Assembly: GCA_024650005.2 (NCBI GenBank) | Contig: CP122380.1 | Span: 1,344,001-1,408,000, forward strand | Length of the DNA: 64,000 bases | Origin: Candidatus Bathyarchaeum tardum | GTDB taxonomy: Archaea > Thermoproteota > Bathyarchaeia > Bathyarchaeales > Bathyarchaeaceae | Direction: 5' to 3' | In this document: in pieces, positions 60,109 to 64,000 of the stretch | Layout of the letters: each line of letters begins with the position of its first letter | Position numbering within the stretch: the first letter of the stretch is position 1 | Translations under genes and position numbers: made by a program | Notes under the pieces: model-generated | What the model saw: only the letters and a program-made list of their open reading frames with translations | Told to the model about the DNA's origin: nothing | Database searches by the model: none

Positions 60109-61155
60109 TTACATCAAGGATTTGTTTTCATATTCAAAAACAGTTTTCAGTTCTTTTGATGCTTCCTCGGGGGAAATTGGATTAATGAATACTCCTGTGC
60201 TTTTTTCTAATCCACCCCATTTTCCTAAGCGTGGGTAAACTTCTAGATGCCAATGATAACAATCTTTTGCATCTTCAGATAATAAAGTATGAAAACCAAA
60301 ATTATATGAGGGGTTATTTAACAAAGAACCTAAACCGCCAAAACATATACGTAAGGTTTTGGCCAAGTCGTTAACTTCATAGCTGGACATATTTGCCATG
60401 TTTGAGTTGTGCCGTTTAGGGATAACCCAAAACTCAAAGGAATGGGTGCTTGCCCACGGAGAAAGAACTACAAAACTGTGGTTTTCCCAAATGAATCGTG
60501 GTCCGTTAATTTCATTTTTTAATAGATTACAAAAGTAGCATTCGTTGTTTTTGTTCCAGTAATTTTTGCTTGCTGTAAGTTCCTCTTGCATAATTGGAGG
60601 AATAAACGGTGTTGTTACAATCTGACTGTGGGGATGCAACAAAGACGCGCCAGATTCGGGTCCATAATTTCTGAATATTGCCACATGTTGCACGTAGGGT
60701 TTCTTTGAAAGAGCGTTTATTCGGTCAATATACGAATTTATTACATGAACAAGTTGTGAAAGTCGAGCAGTTGAAGGATTTTCGTTATGACAAGGGGATT
60801 CAACAATAACTTCATGATGTCCCACTGTAGCATTTGAAGACCCAGAGCATTCATATTGTTCAGCGTTTTTTGGATAATCAACAACAGGATACAAGTTGGG
60901 AATAACACGAAGGATCCAATCTTTGTGGATAAACTCATTAGTGTCTTGTAATTTGTTGATTTTACCCTCTGAAAAAACATAAACTAAAACAGCAGGTGGA
61001 GTTATATGTTCGTTACCAAGACAAAGAGGACAAACACCATTATTTGTTTCAGCATTATTATCGTGAACAAAATCTAGGGGTCGTTTTTTGCGGTCTTTGG
61101 CAATGACAACCAGTCGGTTCAGCAGGTAATCTTTTCTTATTTCGTTGGCGGTCAT
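60109..61155 (-). CDS. galT: Galactose-1-phosphate uridylyltransferase (GalT/HIT) family
   Basis: RKKRP, CPLC.GNE, RVIPNLYP, HEVIVESP.H, GASLLHPHSQ, YHWHLE. Confidence 0.9.
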   Translation of the reverse strand: MTANEIRKDYLLNRLVVIAKDRKKRPLDFVHDNNAETNNGVCPLCLGNEHITPPAVLVYVFSEGKINKLQDTNEFIHKDWILRVIPNLYPVVDYPKNAEQYECSGSSNATVGHHEVIVESPCHNENPSTARLSQLVHVINSYIDRINALSKKPYVQHVAIFRNYGPESGASLLHPHSQIVTTPFIPPIMQEELTASKNYWNKNNECYFCNLLKNEINGPRFIWENHSFVVLSPWASTHSFEFWVIPKRHNSNMANMSSYEVNDLAKTLRICFGGLGSLLNNPSYNFGFHTLLSEDAKDCYHWHLEVYPRLGKWGGLEKSTGVFINPISPEEASKELKTVFEYENKSLM

Positions 61156-61176
61156 AGGATTGTTCCAACTAAAATG

Positions 61177-62460
61177 CTAGATATTTGAAGGCTCGTCGCG
61201 TTTTTTGGCGATCATTTCAAGATACCTGTCCGTGGTGGATTTTGCAGCTTCGTCCCAACTGAACATTTCCAAAACTCGTTTTCTGCCATTTTTGCCTAAC
61301 TGAACACGTTTATTTGGGTCTTCGACTGCACTAACTATTCCCCATGCAATATCGAAAGGATCATTAGGGTTAATGTGAAAACCACAATGGTCATGCCCAG
61401 TTATGCTGACGATTTCGCGCATTCCGCTGGTTCCGGCAGCACCAACTACTACAGGTTTTTCCATGCTCATTGCTTCCAAGGTAACAATGCCAAAGGGCTC
61501 ATACAAACTAGGGAAAACAGCAACATCACAAGCGGCATAATGAGCGATTCGTTCCTCTTCAGGTATAAACTCGAAACGGAATTTAACAATGTCTTCAAGG
61601 TGCAAGTTACGAACAAGACCTTCTAGATATTCCCGCATGTCTCCAAGACCAAGAACGACCAGTTTTGCGTTTGGAATCTTTTGGCGAACTTGGGGCATTG
61701 CACGAATGAGCTTATCAACGCCTTTAATCCATACAAGTCGCCCAACAAAAAGTACCATTGTATCGTCTTCAGTTAGTCCATACTTGTTTTTGATTTCTTT
61801 AATTCGTTCAGGGTTAATTTGGTTGGGGTCATATTTTTTGGGGTCCACACCGTTGTAACAAACTCGGATTTTTTCTGCTGGAAAACCCGCTTGTATTAGT
61901 TCATCTTGCATAGCGTATGATACAGTTATGACCATATCTGCCATTTGTCCTCCGCGTTTCTCCATACTGGTTACTACACCTGAACCATTACCAAGGGTGC
62001 GACCGTGTTCATTAGAGTGAACATGAAAAGCCAAAGGTATTCCAAGTTCTTTTTTTATGGTAATGCCTGCAACAATGGACAACCAATCGTGGGCAACAAC
62101 TAAGTCAAACTTAAAATCTTCTTCTCGTACTAGTTCGTTAACCATCTTCGCTGCGCTTAAGTAGTTATACATCAAAATTTTTGAAAAGAAACGAACACCC
62201 CGACCCCATTTTTTAACGTCCTCAGCTAAAACATCAGGTAAAGAGTCAGACACATCAATATGGACAGGTCGATGGATTTCTATTCCACGAAAAAGTTCGC
62301 GGGTGGGCAAACTTCCGTGGTCGTCGTTCATTGTGAAAACTGTGACGTCGTGACCAAGTAAAACAAATTTTCTTGTGATTTCTGCAGCATATGTTCCTAA
62401 ACCGCCAACAATTTTTGGAGGATACTCGTAAACCATTACAGCAATTTTCAAAGTTATCAC
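61177..62460 (-). CDS. GT4 glycosyltransferase (glycogen synthase-like)
   Basis: YEYPPKIVGG, AHDW, GRLVWIKG, PSLYEPFGIVTLE. Confidence 0.9.
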   Translation of the reverse strand: MITLKIAVMVYEYPPKIVGGLGTYAAEITRKFVLLGHDVTVFTMNDDHGSLPTRELFRGIEIHRPVHIDVSDSLPDVLAEDVKKWGRGVRFFSKILMYNYLSAAKMVNELVREEDFKFDLVVAHDWLSIVAGITIKKELGIPLAFHVHSNEHGRTLGNGSGVVTSMEKRGGQMADMVITVSYAMQDELIQAGFPAEKIRVCYNGVDPKKYDPNQINPERIKEIKNKYGLTEDDTMVLFVGRLVWIKGVDKLIRAMPQVRQKIPNAKLVVLGLGDMREYLEGLVRNLHLEDIVKFRFEFIPEEERIAHYAACDVAVFPSLYEPFGIVTLEAMSMEKPVVVGAAGTSGMREIVSITGHDHCGFHINPNDPFDIAWGIVSAVEDPNKRVQLGKNGRKRVLEMFSWDEAAKSTTDRYLEMIAKKRDEPSNI

Positions 62461-62695
62461 CAGTTAAGCAGTTTTTGACAATTTACGTAACGATAGTGCA
62501 GTTCAGATGTGTGAAGAAGCGTTATTTAACGGTTACTTCATTGTCCTAAAGAGCCCAATTTCAGGTTTCATAAAAGAAAACACTAAAAAATGAGTTGCCT
62601 CTGGCGTGTTAATTTCGAATAATTATTTGCCCTTCATAAGAGCCTTACATAGTTTTGCCCAAAACATTAACATCGGAATCATAGGGGAAAAAACA

Positions 62696-62863
62696 ATGTC
62701 AGGGGCAATTCGAAAGATAGGAAAGATAGTAGCTTTTCCAGTTTTTATTGGTCTTTGGATTATCGGATGGTCGTTGTATTCTAAAGGGGATAATGCACAA
62801 GTATCCAACAAAAACCGAAAAATTATCTGGATTAACAGTAAAACCTATAAAAAAGAGGCATAA
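62696..62863 (+). CDS. Small single-TM hypothetical protein
   Basis: ATG after GGGG; one TM (FPVFIGLWIIGWSLY) with basic flanks. Confidence 0.45.
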   Translation: MSGAIRKIGKIVAFPVFIGLWIIGWSLYSKGDNAQVSNKNRKIIWINSKTYKKEA

Positions 62864-62875
62864 CAAAAAATGGGT

Positions 62876-62898
62876 GGATATCGCTTTTTAGCGTATCC
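62876..62898. terminator. Hairpin between convergent genes (possible terminator)
   Basis: GGATA(T)CGCT-TTTT-AGCGTATCC with flanking A and T runs. Confidence 0.4.
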
Positions 62899-62910
62899 TT
62901 TCTGTGTTTT

Positions 62911-63996
62911 TTAACAGTATTGTGGGTTCATTGGTTCTAGTTCTTCGATGTGGGTATTGGTTAAGTTCTTGATTTTGTTTAGGTCAGGAATTTCTCCGTA
63001 GCCCACTAGTGTTATTGCGGTTCCTTCTCCTCCGTTTCTGGCTGTTCTACCGATTCGGTGGAAATATACTGGTGCTTCGACTGGAACATCAAAGTTGATT
63101 ATGTGTGTTATTCCTTGGATGTCTAATCCTCGCGCTGCAACATCTGTTGCAATAAGGAAATCGAATTTTCCATCCCGGAAACCTCGGGTTACTCGTTCAC
63201 GTTGTGCCTGAGTGAAACCTGCATGCAAGGATTGTGCAGAATACCTGTCTTTGTGTAATTTATTTGCTAACCAATCGCATCCACGGCGTGTGTTACAGAA
63301 TATGATTGCCTTCTTGAAGTTGTCTTTTTTGAGCATTTTTAGAAGATATTCAAGTTTGTTTCGTGAATTTACAACCATGTAATACTGGTTTAATTGTTCA
63401 AGTGCGATCTCGTCTTTGCTTACCAGTACTTTCTGAGGGTCGTTCATGTAACTCTGACAAATGTCCATTACAGATTTGTCCATTGTTGCAGAAAATAGGC
63501 TCAATTGCCTTTCTTCTGGAACACGGGATAAAATGAACTTGATGTCATCAATGAAACCCATGTCTAACATTCGGTCAGCTTCGTCTAGAACAACTATTTT
63601 TGTTGACGAAAGATTAAGGGTTCCACGTTTCAGATGATCAATCAATCGACCTGGAGTGCCAACAACAATGTGCACGCCTTTTTGTAGTGCACGAATTTGT
63701 TTGTTTATTGATTCTCCACCGTAAACTGGCAAAATTTTCAGCTTTGTGTATTTGCTGAATCGTTTTATGCGCGTTGCGACCTGTATTGCAAGTTCGCGAG
63801 TTGGCGCTAGTACTAATCCTTGTACTTTTTTGTTCGTTGGATCTACGCGTTCAACCATGGGTATTCCAAAAGCTGCGGTTTTTCCGGTTCCTGTTTGTGC
63901 TTGCCCTATGACATCTTTTCCTTCAAGTAATGGGACTATTGCTTGAGCTTGTATTGGAAAAAGTTCTGTGAATCCAAGCTCTTGTATCCCTTTCAT
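62911..63996 (-). CDS. DEAD-box RNA helicase, probably 5'-truncated by the window edge
   Basis: AQTGTGKT, PTRELA, TPGR, DEAD, SAT, ARGLD, HRIGRTAR. Confidence 0.95.
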   Translation of the reverse strand: MKGIQELGFTELFPIQAQAIVPLLEGKDVIGQAQTGTGKTAAFGIPMVERVDPTNKKVQGLVLAPTRELAIQVATRIKRFSKYTKLKILPVYGGESINKQIRALQKGVHIVVGTPGRLIDHLKRGTLNLSSTKIVVLDEADRMLDMGFIDDIKFILSRVPEERQLSLFSATMDKSVMDICQSYMNDPQKVLVSKDEIALEQLNQYYMVVNSRNKLEYLLKMLKKDNFKKAIIFCNTRRGCDWLANKLHKDRYSAQSLHAGFTQAQRERVTRGFRDGKFDFLIATDVAARGLDIQGITHIINFDVPVEAPVYFHRIGRTARNGGEGTAITLVGYGEIPDLNKIKNLTNTHIEELEPMNPQYC

Positions 63997-64000
63997 GACT

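Overview
Gene-dense, AT-rich archaeal chromosome segment. It is most consistent with Bathyarchaeia/TACK, inferred from gatDE, archaeal GlyRS, TIM and ribosomal proteins, an EndA carrying the crenarchaeal-type loop, and DUF5752 proteins. It holds tRNA/translation genes (glyS, endA, gatDE, elp3, rpl3/4/23/2, a DEAD-box helicase) and PCNA-linked repair genes (nucS, nreA). It also has a dispersed glycogen set (GH133 debranching enzyme, GH57 amylase, glucan phosphorylase, two GT4s plus GalT), an hcp-arsR unit, a CbiMNQO transporter, and a group 4 membrane-bound [NiFe]-hydrogenase split into two convergent operons. I found no rRNA, tRNA, cas genes, true CRISPR array or intact mobile element. The strongest unexplained signal is two solitary, mutually similar 36-37 bp CRISPR-repeat-like units about 52 kb apart (1782-1818 minus, 53651-53686 plus) that share a leader-like motif. 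Other highlights: a wHTH-DUF5752 protein sharing its domain with the GH57 amylase, a YHS-fused phosphorylase, hydrogenase antiporter subunits with acidic residues at conserved Lys sites, a DedA gene inside the ribosomal protein operon, two operator-like palindromes, and three apparent 5'-proximal frameshifts. All assignments come from motif recognition by eye; no database searches were run.
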